Positions 9,026 through 18,920 of a stretch of 64,000 bases of DNA are shown here, in pieces. The position numbers were made by a program, and so were the translations under genes. The first letter of the stretch is position 1, and every line of letters begins with the position of its first letter. The notes beneath the pieces were generated by a model that worked only from the letters and a program-made list of their open reading frames with translations, ran no database searches and was not told the DNA's origin. The DNA is taken from contig CAMNII010000005.1 of the NCBI GenBank assembly GCA_946540435.1, forward strand, positions 2,356-66,355, written 5' to 3'. Origin of the DNA: an uncultured Prevotella sp. GTDB lineage: Bacteria; Bacteroidota; Bacteroidia; Bacteroidales; Bacteroidaceae.

Positions 9026-11242
9026 TTATCTGACAAGGACTTTCCTGACGCTGCCATCGTCCTTTCTGATGATGTTCACGCCAGGCCGCAGCTCTTCCAG
9101 GCGTCGTCCCTGCATGTCGTAGATGCCGGCCGGCTGTGCGTCGGTTGTCTGCTCGTTGACGGTGATGGCCGATGGCGGCTCTACCACCTGATAGGCGAAG
9201 GCGAGGATGGTGGGGAAGGCGCTGTTCATCGACACCATGGAGATGCCCAGGATTTCTTTGCTGCTGTCGGCAAAGATGCTGACGTCGAACATGCCGCTGT
9301 GACAGGTTCCGCTGTTGAAGGCGTTGGTCTCGCGGTTGATGTTTCCCAGTCCCGTGATGGCCTCGGAGCCGTCGGGGTTGGGCACGGAGAAGTCGCGGAT
9401 GTCTACGAGCTGTTCCTCTTCGATGGTGCCGTCGGAATAGTGCAAGGTGATGCCTACCTGTCCCTTTCCGCCTCCTGACGTGGCGAGCATCCACACCTTA
9501 TTGGTGCGGAAGGCTGGGAAGGTCAGTACGGCCTCGTCGCCCTGCTGGTGGAACGACACGGCGTTCCACCTGTTGAAGGGTGCCAGCTGATAGGTGATGT
9601 TCTGGGCGTTGGAGACGACAGTTCTGTTTTCCGGCAGGCCGCCGTCGATCTTCAGCCGCTCCGAGTAGAAGGTGCGGTTGGCATCGATGCTCTGCGTGGA
9701 GTAGTCGGCAGCGGGCAGTTCCTCCACGACGACGTCGGCGTTCCATCCGTCTTCGGGCATGATGGGTTCGGTGTTACTGGGCTCCCGTGGCAGGAGGGCG
9801 TCGTCGAGGAAGCGCAGGCGTGCCTTTGCCCATTGCTTGAGGTAGTTCAGGTCTTCCTCATAGGTCTGTCCGATATAGTAGTTTGGCCAGCCGTAGCGTC
9901 CGATGATCTGCCATGCCTGCTGGTTGCGCTCCACGGCGCCGTGGCTGGTGAGCATGGTGGCCAGCGAGTCGATGGTGTGCATCAGTCGGGCGTTGCTGTG
10001 GTTGCCTTCGCGGTATTGCTTCCAGCGTGCCTTGAGGTGTTCGACATAGGTCTCGTCGTTCATCATCTGGTACCAGTAGAACGGCACTTGATAGCCGTCG
10101 TTGCTCCAGGTGTTGAGCTGCCACACCCACGTGTCGGTGCGCGGTCCGTTGTTGTAGTTGGCATTGCCCCAGCTGAGGTTGTAGTCCCAGATGGCGGTAT
10201 GCCATCGCGGGTCGAGGCCTTCGTTGCGGGCACGTGTGTCGCTGTATTTGTAGAGGTGTGTGGAGAGTCGGTAGTTATCGATGTTGTTCGACACCTCGGT
10301 AGAGAGCATGTAGTCGATGAACGATGTCTCGTTGATATACTTCCTGTAGCCTTCGTCGGGGTCGGCATAGTAGCTGGTGCGGAAGGAGCTCTCCATCTGG
10401 TCGATGAGCTGGTTCAGCTGTTGGCGTGCCTGCCGGGGAAGTGTCGCCCAGTCGTCCTGCTCGGGTTCCTTGTGCTGATAGTAGATGGAGAAATTGCGCT
10501 TCTCCGTGCCTTCTAGGTCAGCCCATGGCCGATAGCGCGAGGTGTAGTAGGACTCTTCGGGACGGTCGACCTCGACATGGTAGTCACCGGTGAGGTCGCC
10601 CTCGTCGGCTCCGGGGTCGTGGAGGTCGAGGCGGCCCTTGCCTTTTGACACACGTTCACCGAAGCCGAAGACACCATAGTAGATGCCGTCGAGGAACACC
10701 TCGCAGAGCTTCACGGTGGGTACGAAGTCCATCCATGGGCGTGCGAGTTCGAAGGAGAGGATGTCGCGGAACATCACCTTGTCGCCCCATGGGGCGATGA
10801 ACATCCATTTGTTGTCTTTCGGCATGCCGAGGATGCTCACCTTCTGCTTCTCCCCGCCGTCGTCGGGCAGGAGGTCGCTCTTGAGGGTTCGTATTTGGTA
10901 GGGTTTCTTGTCAGCGCTGTCGAACGACGAGTTGCCGCGGTATTTGATGGCGATGGGTCCTTCGTAGTCGATGTGCTGTCCCGGATGGTCGATAGTGTCA
11001 CCATAGTTCAGCTGTCCGTCACCGTTATGGATGACCTTCATGTGGCCCAGTACATACCGGTCTCTGAGAATCATCTGGTCGTCGACGGTGATAAAAATAA
11101 TGGGTAGGTTGGTTTCGGTAATACGTACGTGTTGGTCGGACAGCAGGCTGCGGTAGTTGTCGCGCTGCTGACCATAGGCATCGACTGCAATGAGCAGGAA
11201 TGCCATAAGGAGAGATAATTGTATTTTGAGAGTGATACGCAT
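9026..11242 (-). CDS. CotH kinase family protein with one C-terminal beta module and T9SS-type tail
   Basis: Paralog of 6127-8991: KYRGNSS, WDYNLSWGN, tail YDMQGRRLEELRPGVNIIR. Confidence 0.85.
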   Translation of the reverse strand: MRITLKIQLSLLMAFLLIAVDAYGQQRDNYRSLLSDQHVRITETNLPIIFITVDDQMILRDRYVLGHMKVIHNGDGQLNYGDTIDHPGQHIDYEGPIAIKYRGNSSFDSADKKPYQIRTLKSDLLPDDGGEKQKVSILGMPKDNKWMFIAPWGDKVMFRDILSFELARPWMDFVPTVKLCEVFLDGIYYGVFGFGERVSKGKGRLDLHDPGADEGDLTGDYHVEVDRPEESYYTSRYRPWADLEGTEKRNFSIYYQHKEPEQDDWATLPRQARQQLNQLIDQMESSFRTSYYADPDEGYRKYINETSFIDYMLSTEVSNNIDNYRLSTHLYKYSDTRARNEGLDPRWHTAIWDYNLSWGNANYNNGPRTDTWVWQLNTWSNDGYQVPFYWYQMMNDETYVEHLKARWKQYREGNHSNARLMHTIDSLATMLTSHGAVERNQQAWQIIGRYGWPNYYIGQTYEEDLNYLKQWAKARLRFLDDALLPREPSNTEPIMPEDGWNADVVVEELPAADYSTQSIDANRTFYSERLKIDGGLPENRTVVSNAQNITYQLAPFNRWNAVSFHQQGDEAVLTFPAFRTNKVWMLATSGGGKGQVGITLHYSDGTIEEEQLVDIRDFSVPNPDGSEAITGLGNINRETNAFNSGTCHSGMFDVSIFADSSKEILGISMVSMNSAFPTILAFAYQVVEPPSAITVNEQTTDAQPAGIYDMQGRRLEELRPGVNIIRKDDGSVRKVLVR

Positions 11243-11433
11243 TATTCCGGGCTGTAGGGTTGAAAACAGCAAAAGTGCCACAAAATTACACATAATCTTT
11301 CGAATATCATGCCATTAGCCCACGTTTTTATAAATGATTAACGCTATACCGTGTGGCATGACAGCCTGCTGCACTCCTCATGGCAGCAGCCTGTAAACGC
11401 ATGTTTCAGTTATTGCCTTGCAGCTGAAGGCCC

Positions 11434-12621
11434 TCATTTGATGTCTTTGGCATAGCGGCGGTAGTTCTGATAGAACGCCGACAGCGAGGCATACCCCGAC
11501 CGCCACGCCAGTTCTTCCTTGCGCACGGAGGGGTCGTCGCGCTGCAGCTGCTGGGCATAGGCAATGCGCTGGCGGTTGATGAACTCCGAGAACGTCATGT
11601 GCTGCTGCAGGCGCAGGGCACGCTGCAGGTAGGTGCGGTTGGTGCCTACGTGCACGGCCAGCATATTCAGGTTGAGGTCGTGCTGCAGGTATAGGCGCTC
11701 CTCTTCCGTCACGCTACGGATGCGCTCCATCAGTTCGTGGAGCTCGGAGTCGCTTGCTGCCGGCTCTCCCTGGTGTCCTTCCTGCTCATGCGTATCCTCG
11801 CCGCTGTCGGCACCTGTCCCGTCAGCCTTTGGCTCCTGCATGTCGTGGAGCATGTCGTCGATGGTGAAGCGGTTGGTCATTCCCTGCCAGCCGATGGCAA
11901 AGAGCACTGACGAGAAGATGAGGCTGGCAAACACCAGTCCGAGGCTGCTGCCATGGAACTGCTGCCGACCGATGATGTTTACAAAGATGGAAAACATAGA
12001 GCAGACGACCATCACCCAGAGCATCTTCTGGAGCATACGCTGGTGGCGCTGCTCCGTGTCGGCATAGAACTGTTCCAGCTGTCGGTTGTAGCGGCGTAGC
12101 ATACGTGATCCCATAATGCAGGTGAGCACGACAAACAGGGTGAAGACCACGCTGCATGCCCCGTGCAGCCGTGCCTGCCAGAGCGGCAGTCCGTGGAGCA
12201 GGCTGCAGCCCGGCCCATAGAGATAGTTACGGATAAACTGCTGTTGCTGTGCATCGTCCATAAGGATGTTCAGCACGCCCACACCCAGGCCTAATGCGAC
12301 GGGCAGCCCCAGCAGCATGGCCATCCACGGCCATCTCTCTGAGAGGGGTCGCTCGCTGGTCAGCCGGCTTATATAGATAAGAAACAGGGGATAGACCATC
12401 AGGTGGCATGTCATATAGACGGGTTCCGTATATGGCAGCACCTGCTCGATGCGGCAGAAGTACAACATGTGGCAGGCGTAGAGCACCGTCGTCGCTACCG
12501 ACCATGCCAGCAGCCACACCCGTGAGGCGTGAAAGTGTCGTGTCAGCGCCAACAGGATCTCTACCGACAGCATGGCGCAGACAAACATCGGAAGCGATGT
12601 GGTCAGATATGTTGTTAACAT
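11434..12621 (-). CDS. Membrane-anchored AraC-family transcriptional regulator
   Basis: Several hydrophobic N-terminal helices. C-terminal LAVHVGTNRTYL...FSEFINRQRI...SGYASLSAFY HTH. Confidence 0.9.
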   Translation of the reverse strand: MLTTYLTTSLPMFVCAMLSVEILLALTRHFHASRVWLLAWSVATTVLYACHMLYFCRIEQVLPYTEPVYMTCHLMVYPLFLIYISRLTSERPLSERWPWMAMLLGLPVALGLGVGVLNILMDDAQQQQFIRNYLYGPGCSLLHGLPLWQARLHGACSVVFTLFVVLTCIMGSRMLRRYNRQLEQFYADTEQRHQRMLQKMLWVMVVCSMFSIFVNIIGRQQFHGSSLGLVFASLIFSSVLFAIGWQGMTNRFTIDDMLHDMQEPKADGTGADSGEDTHEQEGHQGEPAASDSELHELMERIRSVTEEERLYLQHDLNLNMLAVHVGTNRTYLQRALRLQQHMTFSEFINRQRIAYAQQLQRDDPSVRKEELAWRSGYASLSAFYQNYRRYAKDIK

Positions 12622-12754
12622 AGGTGATTTCTTGATGTGTACATCGTCAATAGCTGACGTGTTTTTATTAATCTCTGGCAAAGGTAGGTATTTCCTTTGA
12701 AAAAAAGAACCTTTTCACCGAAAAAACCTTCTACACGGGAACGGCAAGGGCAGT

Positions 12755-12789
12755 TTTTGCAAATTCTGCACTATCTTTTGCAAATTCTG
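12755..12789. promoter_or_regulatory. Putative AraC operator: direct repeat TTTTGCAAATTCTG x2, 21-bp period
   Basis: Copies at 12755 and 12776, just upstream of a TAATTTTG -7 element (~12814) and between the divergent AraC and cargo genes. Confidence 0.55.
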
Positions 12790-12856
12790 TAGGCCCATTT
12801 CAGGCATGATGCGTAATTTTGCGACTATAAATGTTTAACTAAAAATGATTTTACCT

Positions 12857-13915
12857 ATGAAGAAAATCTTATTCTCATTTGTGGCACTCTTTTGTGCTTT
12901 GACAGTTGACGCGCAGCAGACAGAGGCTTCTACCGCTACGCTGCAGACAGGCGATGTCAGCAAGGTGTTCTACGGCATTGATGCTTTCAAGTCGGCTCTT
13001 ACAGAAGCTCAGGACGGCAGCATCATAACGCTCTCGTCAGGTGTCTTCAACGTTCCGGGAAACCTTGACAAGTCGGTTAAGATATACGGCGCAGGCATGG
13101 AAGACGACCAGGTAACGGGTATCATGAAGACCCAACTCAACGGACAGATAAATATTAACGGTGTGGAGGGTGTTCATAAGGACAACATCTACATGGAGGG
13201 TATCTATATTAACGGCCCCATATTTATTGCGGCTACCGATGACGACCAGATAGAGAACCTTAAGGTTGTGAAGTGCCGTTTCACACGACTTGACTGTCAT
13301 GAGGACTCCAACCACTTTACTTTCCGCCAATGTGCAGTGGCAGGCAACATGGTGGGCTACGGCTCCGTGGCTACAGGCATGATGATACAGAACTGTTGGG
13401 TTAAAGGTCTTATCAGGGAATTTTCCAGCACCAGCACTTTGGTGGTTGACCATTGTTTCTTAACAGCAATAGTAGATGCTGACTATGGGGCAAACTGGCA
13501 TGGTCCTTACTACTTCAAGAATACGTTAATGTTTAATAGAGGTGGTTCCTATAATTGTCAGGCCATAAGCGACGGCGGAGTAGCTATCAACTGTCTCGGA
13601 ACCTTCGCAAGAGGTGGAGTTATTACCAAGACCAATTGCTATACGTCGTTTGACTGGGCTACACTCTTTGCAGACGGACAGGGCGACGCTGAATATTACA
13701 TAACGGGCACCACCACCCCACGTACTTGGGTGCTGGCAGACCCCGCTACATACGTTGGCGACGACGGCACACAAATAGGTCCTGCTGGCGGAGAATATCC
13801 TTGGGATCTTATTCCGTCGACACCACGCATCACAGAGAGCACTATTGCAAGCAAGACCGTCGACGGCAAACTGAGCATAAGCATAAAGGCTGAGGCACGT
13901 CCGGTAGTAGAATAA
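12857..13915 (+). CDS. Secreted hypothetical protein, probable right-handed beta-helix
   Basis: Signal peptide MKKILFSFVALF. ITLSSGVF...KSVKIYGAG start and repeated xxNC/xxKC turns. Confidence 0.6.
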   Translation: MKKILFSFVALFCALTVDAQQTEASTATLQTGDVSKVFYGIDAFKSALTEAQDGSIITLSSGVFNVPGNLDKSVKIYGAGMEDDQVTGIMKTQLNGQININGVEGVHKDNIYMEGIYINGPIFIAATDDDQIENLKVVKCRFTRLDCHEDSNHFTFRQCAVAGNMVGYGSVATGMMIQNCWVKGLIREFSSTSTLVVDHCFLTAIVDADYGANWHGPYYFKNTLMFNRGGSYNCQAISDGGVAINCLGTFARGGVITKTNCYTSFDWATLFADGQGDAEYYITGTTTPRTWVLADPATYVGDDGTQIGPAGGEYPWDLIPSTPRITESTIASKTVDGKLSISIKAEARPVVE

Positions 13916-13937
13916 CCTAAAAAAACAGAGACAGACA

Positions 13938-16298
13938 ATGAACAGAACGAAACATTTAGGACTGTCCTTGTTGGCTTTGCTCTGTTGTGTTGTAGTGACA
14001 GCACAGACTACTGTTGTCACGAAGTTTGAATACTGGATTGACCAACAGATGGACAGTCGGACAATGCTGAATATGACAGCGGGAGAGTTGACCTCTCAAC
14101 TCGACCTGTCGGCATTGCCCGTAGGTCTTCACTCCTTAACGATGCGTACCGGTACCGACGACGGACGGTGGGGCTCACCCGTTGTGAGATTCTTCATCGT
14201 ACCGCAACCCGGCTCCACACAGGAGAACCAACTGACCGGTTATGAGTACTGGATAGACAGCAACTTCGACAACAGGGCATCAGGGACATTCAGCGAAGGC
14301 GGTATAGTTGTTACCGACATTGATATGAGTGCGCAACCGGCAGGCCTGCACAGCTTCTCTTTCCGCGCTCTTGACGACAACGGCAATGTGAGCTCCGTAC
14401 TCACGAAGTTCTTCATCGTGCCGCAGCCCGGCTCCACACAGGAGAACCAACTGGCCGGTTATGAATACTGGATAGACAGCAACTTCGACAACAGGGTGTC
14501 AGGGACATTCAGCGAAGGCGGTATTGTTGTTACCGACATTGATATGAGTGCGCAACCGGCAGGCTTGCACAGCTTCTCTTTCCGTGCTCTTGACAACAAC
14601 GGCAATGTCAGCTCCGTACTCACGAAGTTCTTCATCGTGCCGCAGCCCGGCTCCACACAGGAGAACCAACTGGCCGGTTATGAATACTGGATAGACAGCA
14701 ACTTCGACAACAGGGTGTCAGGGACATTCAGCGAAGGCGGTATTGTTGTTACCGACATTGATATGAGTGCGCAGCCGGCAGGCTTGCACAGCTTCTCATT
14801 CCGTGCTCTTGACAACAACGGCAATGTGAGTTCCGTACTCACGAAGTTCTTCATCGTGCCTGAGGCAACGGCGACAATAGAGAACAGTCTCGTCAGCTAC
14901 CGCTACTGGATAGACAAAGACGTGGCAAATGCCGTGGAAGAAACAGTCGATGCTTCGGGCATCATAGACCTGAGCATAGACCTGGCAACCCTCGACGAAG
15001 GCTTGCACAGCATAGGCTATCAGGTGAAGGATGCCGCAGGAGTGTATGGCGCAGCCTTGCTGTCATACTTCCTCGTTCCGGCAGACCCGTCGGAGGCTCT
15101 CCTTGGCGACAATATTGTGGCCTACGAATATTGGTTTAACGACAACCCGCGCAAGAGGGTAGAAGTGGAACCGGCCCCCACACTCACTATAGACGCTGCG
15201 CAGCTCGCCGTTGAAGGCGTGGAGCCGGCAACGGTACCCGCCGACTATGAGTTCGACGTAACTGCAAAGAGCGTAGTATATACACTGGACATAGAATTCG
15301 GTCTTCAGGTGTTCAACAACCTGGGCACGGGTTCAACGGCAGTAACGCAGACGATAGAAGGTCACAAGCTGACTATGGATACCCATATGCAGACACTCGC
15401 CAACGAGCAGACAAGTACCCTTCCCGCAGCTACAGGCAGTCAGGTGCAGGGCTATCAGTTCAGTTGCAGCGAGGGCGAAAAACTCTATTGGTTCATGGAC
15501 CTTGCCGAAGGGTCGGTTGTTGACTTCTACGACGGCGAAGGCACGAAGATAGCACCTGAGGCAATAACCGTCGAGAACATTGACGAGAAAACCGCCCGTG
15601 TCATAACGGCGACGACAACAGAGGTCTATGCCCTGGTATATGGCGCTACGGCCGATGGCGAGTCGACCGTCCGGGTGGCCAAACCCGTCACCATCACAGC
15701 ACGGAGCTATTCCCGTAAGTATGGCGACGAGAATCCCGAGTTCGAGTACGAGGCCGACGGCGACCTTATCGGTACACCGCTCATCGTCTGTGAGGCCGAC
15801 GCGACGACACCTGTAGGCGACTATCCCATCACGCTGGAACGTGGCGAGCTGGGCAACGCCGTGCCGATATTCGTCAGCGGAACGCTCACCGTCGAGAAAG
15901 AGACGCTCACCGTCAGCGTCGGCGACTACAGCCGCAACGAAGGCGAGGAGAACCCCGAGTTCAAGATCATCATCGAGGGCTTTAAGAACGGCGAAGACGA
16001 GAGCGTCCTCATCACCCTGCCCACAGCCACCACCGTGGCCACCATCAACAGCGGCGCCGGCGAGTATGAGATCATCGTGGAAGGCGGCGAGGCCGAAAAC
16101 TATGACTTCGAATACAAGAACGGCACGCTGACGGTGAACCCCGGCACGGGCATCAGAAACATCGCCTTCGACCGGCCGATGGATGTCTTCGACATGCATG
16201 GCAAACTCATTCGCCGGCAGACAACGACACTCCGCGGACTGCCACCCGGCGTCTACATCGTAGGCGGAAAGAAGGTGGAGCTGAAGCGGTCCCTCTGA
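13938..16298 (+). CDS. T9SS-secreted surface protein with YEYWID-type Ig-like repeats and two MBG-like domains
   Basis: Signal peptide, repeated YEYWID modules, TITARSYSRKYGDENPEF / TVSVGDYSRNEGEENPEF, tail DVFDMHGKLIR...GVYIVGGKKV. Confidence 0.75.
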   Translation: MNRTKHLGLSLLALLCCVVVTAQTTVVTKFEYWIDQQMDSRTMLNMTAGELTSQLDLSALPVGLHSLTMRTGTDDGRWGSPVVRFFIVPQPGSTQENQLTGYEYWIDSNFDNRASGTFSEGGIVVTDIDMSAQPAGLHSFSFRALDDNGNVSSVLTKFFIVPQPGSTQENQLAGYEYWIDSNFDNRVSGTFSEGGIVVTDIDMSAQPAGLHSFSFRALDNNGNVSSVLTKFFIVPQPGSTQENQLAGYEYWIDSNFDNRVSGTFSEGGIVVTDIDMSAQPAGLHSFSFRALDNNGNVSSVLTKFFIVPEATATIENSLVSYRYWIDKDVANAVEETVDASGIIDLSIDLATLDEGLHSIGYQVKDAAGVYGAALLSYFLVPADPSEALLGDNIVAYEYWFNDNPRKRVEVEPAPTLTIDAAQLAVEGVEPATVPADYEFDVTAKSVVYTLDIEFGLQVFNNLGTGSTAVTQTIEGHKLTMDTHMQTLANEQTSTLPAATGSQVQGYQFSCSEGEKLYWFMDLAEGSVVDFYDGEGTKIAPEAITVENIDEKTARVITATTTEVYALVYGATADGESTVRVAKPVTITARSYSRKYGDENPEFEYEADGDLIGTPLIVCEADATTPVGDYPITLERGELGNAVPIFVSGTLTVEKETLTVSVGDYSRNEGEENPEFKIIIEGFKNGEDESVLITLPTATTVATINSGAGEYEIIVEGGEAENYDFEYKNGTLTVNPGTGIRNIAFDRPMDVFDMHGKLIRRQTTTLRGLPPGVYIVGGKKVELKRSL
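14190..14858 (+). repeat. 3 x 219-bp (73 aa) near-identical intragenic tandem repeat
   Basis: TCTTCATCGT recurs at 14191, 14410, 14629 and 14848. Confidence 0.95.
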
Positions 16299-16376
16299 CG
16301 AAGACATAGAATATTCATAAGCATAGTAACATTCTCTCTGGCGCAGAGGCGCCACCCTCAACCACACAAAGACAGC

Positions 16377-16413
16377 AAGGCCTGCAGGACGATGTCGCCT
16401 GCAGGCCTTTTTT
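16377..16413 (+). terminator. Intrinsic terminator
   Basis: AAGGCCTGCAGG / CCTGCAGGCCTT stem followed by a T-run. Confidence 0.8.
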
Positions 16414-16499
16414 GTCATCTATAGAAGAGTCGCCTATTGCTGAATGCAAAAGAGTTGCCTATTGACAGGGTGTCAGGATTATCCCCATTCAACTGCTCA

Positions 16500-17102
16500 T
16501 CACAGCAGCCCCTGACTGCGCAGTTCATCGGCAAGCGCTTCCAGTTCTTTGTACCACGCCTCACCGAAACATCTTATCAAGGGCTCACGCAGGAACTTAT
16601 AGACGGGAATGTCGAGTTCCTCACCTTTCCTGACCGCGTCGCGACAGATGGCCCAGCGGTGGTAGTTCAGCCCGACGGAGCCGTCGCCGAAGCGCTTGGC
16701 GCGGATGGGATAGAGGGAACAGGAGATAGGCTTGCAGAAATGCGTGCGGCCCTGGCGGAACGCCCGCTCCAGCGCACACAGGCAGTTGCTGCCGTCGTAG
16801 CAGGTGAAGACGCAGTCCTTGCCGCCGACGATGCTTGTCACCAGGTCGCCTTCGGGGTCGTTGTAGGCTACGCCCTGCCGGTCGATGACGCTCTGTGCCT
16901 GTGCCGACAGGTCGGGCCATACGTCGTCGAGCACGTCTTCTATCTCGCCGATTTCCTCGAGGGTGACCGGTGCACCGGCATTGCCCTCCACGCAACAGAT
17001 GCCGCGACACTTCTCGTAGTCGCAGCAGAAACGCTCGGTAAGGATCTCGGGCGAGAGCAGCACGTCACCCACCTGCAGTATCGGTAAAATACGTTCTTTC
17101 AT
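16500..17102 (-). CDS. DUF3109 family Cys-rich protein
   Basis: FCCDYEKCRGICCVEGNAGAP, DCVF and KPISCSLYPIR motifs. Confidence 0.85.
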   Translation of the reverse strand: MKERILPILQVGDVLLSPEILTERFCCDYEKCRGICCVEGNAGAPVTLEEIGEIEDVLDDVWPDLSAQAQSVIDRQGVAYNDPEGDLVTSIVGGKDCVFTCYDGSNCLCALERAFRQGRTHFCKPISCSLYPIRAKRFGDGSVGLNYHRWAICRDAVRKGEELDIPVYKFLREPLIRCFGEAWYKELEALADELRSQGLL

Positions 17103-17115
17103 GAGTTCTTTTAAT

Positions 17116-17781
17116 CTACCAATTGATGGGACTCTCTCCGTTGGCCTGGAGATAGGCGTTGCACTGTGAGAACTGGTGGTTGCCGAACCAGCCGCCACGG
17201 TTGGCCGACAGCGGCGATGGGTGGACGCTCTCAAGGACGAGGTTCTTCTGACGGTCGATCATATACGCCTTGCTTCGGGCATAGCCGCCCCAGAGGAGGT
17301 AGACGAGATGCTCGCGCTCGGATGCCAGGGCTCGGATGGCGGCATCGGTGAACTGCTGCCAGCCCAGCCGCGAGTGGCTGTTGGCCATATGAGCACGTAC
17401 GGTGAGCGTGGCATTGAGCAGCAGGACGCCCTGCCGGGCCCATCGTGTGAGGTCGCCTGACGTTGGGATGGGGTTCCCTACGTCGTCGTGGATTTCCTTG
17501 AAGATATTCTGCAGCGACGGCGGGAAGGATACGCCGTCCTGTACGGAGAAGCTCAGCCCATGGGCCTGTCCGGGCTCATGATAGGGATCCTGTCCGAGGA
17601 TGACGACCTTCACACGGTCGAACGGGCAGAGGTTGAAGGCATTGAAGATAAGCGGCCCGGGCGGATAGCAGGCCGTCTGTCGGTACTCCTGGCGCACTGC
17701 CTCGGTGAGGGCTGCGAAATACGGTTTGTCGAACTCCCCTTGCAGCCGTTGCCGCCAACTCTCTTCTATCTTTACGTTCAT
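17116..17781 (-). CDS. ung: Uracil-DNA glycosylase
   Basis: GQDPYH, HGLSFS, PPSL, GVLLLN and HPSPLS motifs. Confidence 0.97.
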   Translation of the reverse strand: MNVKIEESWRQRLQGEFDKPYFAALTEAVRQEYRQTACYPPGPLIFNAFNLCPFDRVKVVILGQDPYHEPGQAHGLSFSVQDGVSFPPSLQNIFKEIHDDVGNPIPTSGDLTRWARQGVLLLNATLTVRAHMANSHSRLGWQQFTDAAIRALASEREHLVYLLWGGYARSKAYMIDRQKNLVLESVHPSPLSANRGGWFGNHQFSQCNAYLQANGESPINW

Positions 17782-17818
17782 GAGGAATAAAATGAGAAAT
17801 GAGATATGAGAAATGAGA

Positions 17819-17990
17819 AATTTTTTCAGTCCGGCAGGGCTAATCATAACTACTCATTTCTAATTACTAATTACTAATTTTTTCAGTCCGGCAGGGCTAA
17901 TCATAATTACTCATTTCTAATTACTAATTACTAATTTATTCAGTCCGGCAGGGCTAATCATAATTACTCATTTCTAATTACTAATTACTA
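17819..17990. repeat. 3 x 57-bp tandem copies of one arm of the heptamer-armed element
   Basis: CAGTCCGGCAGGGCTAATCATAA at 17827, 17884 and 17941. An inverted AATGAGA array precedes it at 17791-17819. Confidence 0.92.
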
Positions 17991-18578
17991 ATTAATCAGC
18001 CTTCTGATGTTGCAGCCTACGAAGTTGCCGAGGAAGATGGCGAGATAGTAAAGGGGTATCTCGGGATGCCACTGGAAGTGGGCGGTGAGGTACATCACGT
18101 CGGCGATACTGTGGTAGAAGCCACAGACGATGAACAACGGCACACCGAAGAGCACGGGCAGGAGCGTCCCTGCTGTCTTGCTGCCCCAGGGCGACGGTGT
18201 CTTCGCCATATATACGGCACAGTCGATGATGAGTCCGCAGCCGACGGCCTTCGTGAAGGCTTCCATCCACGAGTCGTCGAGCCTGTTGGCGACCATTGTC
18301 GCCAGCGCCTCGTCGTAGTTGCTGCAGTAGTGGGCTGCCAGTCCCATGATGGCGCAGCCGACGATGTTGAAGAACCACACCATGAGCAGGTCGCCCGTCT
18401 GCGACGGTTTGACGACGCCTGCCATACCGGTATAGAGCGGCACACCCATCACGATGACACTCATCAGCCCGAAGGCGAAAATCACGGAGCCGGGTAGGCC
18501 GCCCAGTGCGAGATAGCCATAGCTGCCCAGGCCGATGAAGATACCGGCGAGCAGCGCCTTACGAATCAATACTTTCAT
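17988..18578 (-). CDS. Formate/nitrite transporter family protein
   Basis: ALLAGIFIGLG, LYTG, FNIVG, FIVCGFYHSIAD and LGNFVG motifs. Confidence 0.85.
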   Translation of the reverse strand: MKVLIRKALLAGIFIGLGSYGYLALGGLPGSVIFAFGLMSVIVMGVPLYTGMAGVVKPSQTGDLLMVWFFNIVGCAIMGLAAHYCSNYDEALATMVANRLDDSWMEAFTKAVGCGLIIDCAVYMAKTPSPWGSKTAGTLLPVLFGVPLFIVCGFYHSIADVMYLTAHFQWHPEIPLYYLAIFLGNFVGCNIRRLIN

Positions 18579-18920
18579 ACTTTTTCCGTTTCTTGCCACA
18601 AAGTTACGAAAAAAGGTTGTAACAAACGAGCAATTTTCGAAGATTAACGCAGAACTATCGTAAAATAAAGGCAAGGCAGGGAATAATGGGGAATCAAAGG
18701 ATGAAGCGAAATGGCCGCTCGAACTCTGTTCGCTTTGCTCTGCCTTGATGCGGAATGGTGCAAGAGTTAGTTCACCGCTCGGCCTTTGGACGCTTTTCCA
18801 GGAAAAGACGGCTTGTGGAAGTAACTTTTTTAGAAATTGTGCATTTGAATAGAAAAAAAATCATATCTTTGTGGTCAAAAAATGGCAATACGGAACAGGG
18901 ACACCTAAAATGAAAGATTT

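Noticed and set aside
18700-18790. Possible att site or left-end repeat of the defence island
   Set aside because: Only loose resemblance to module B; no matching direct repeat found at the right end and no tRNA or integrase.
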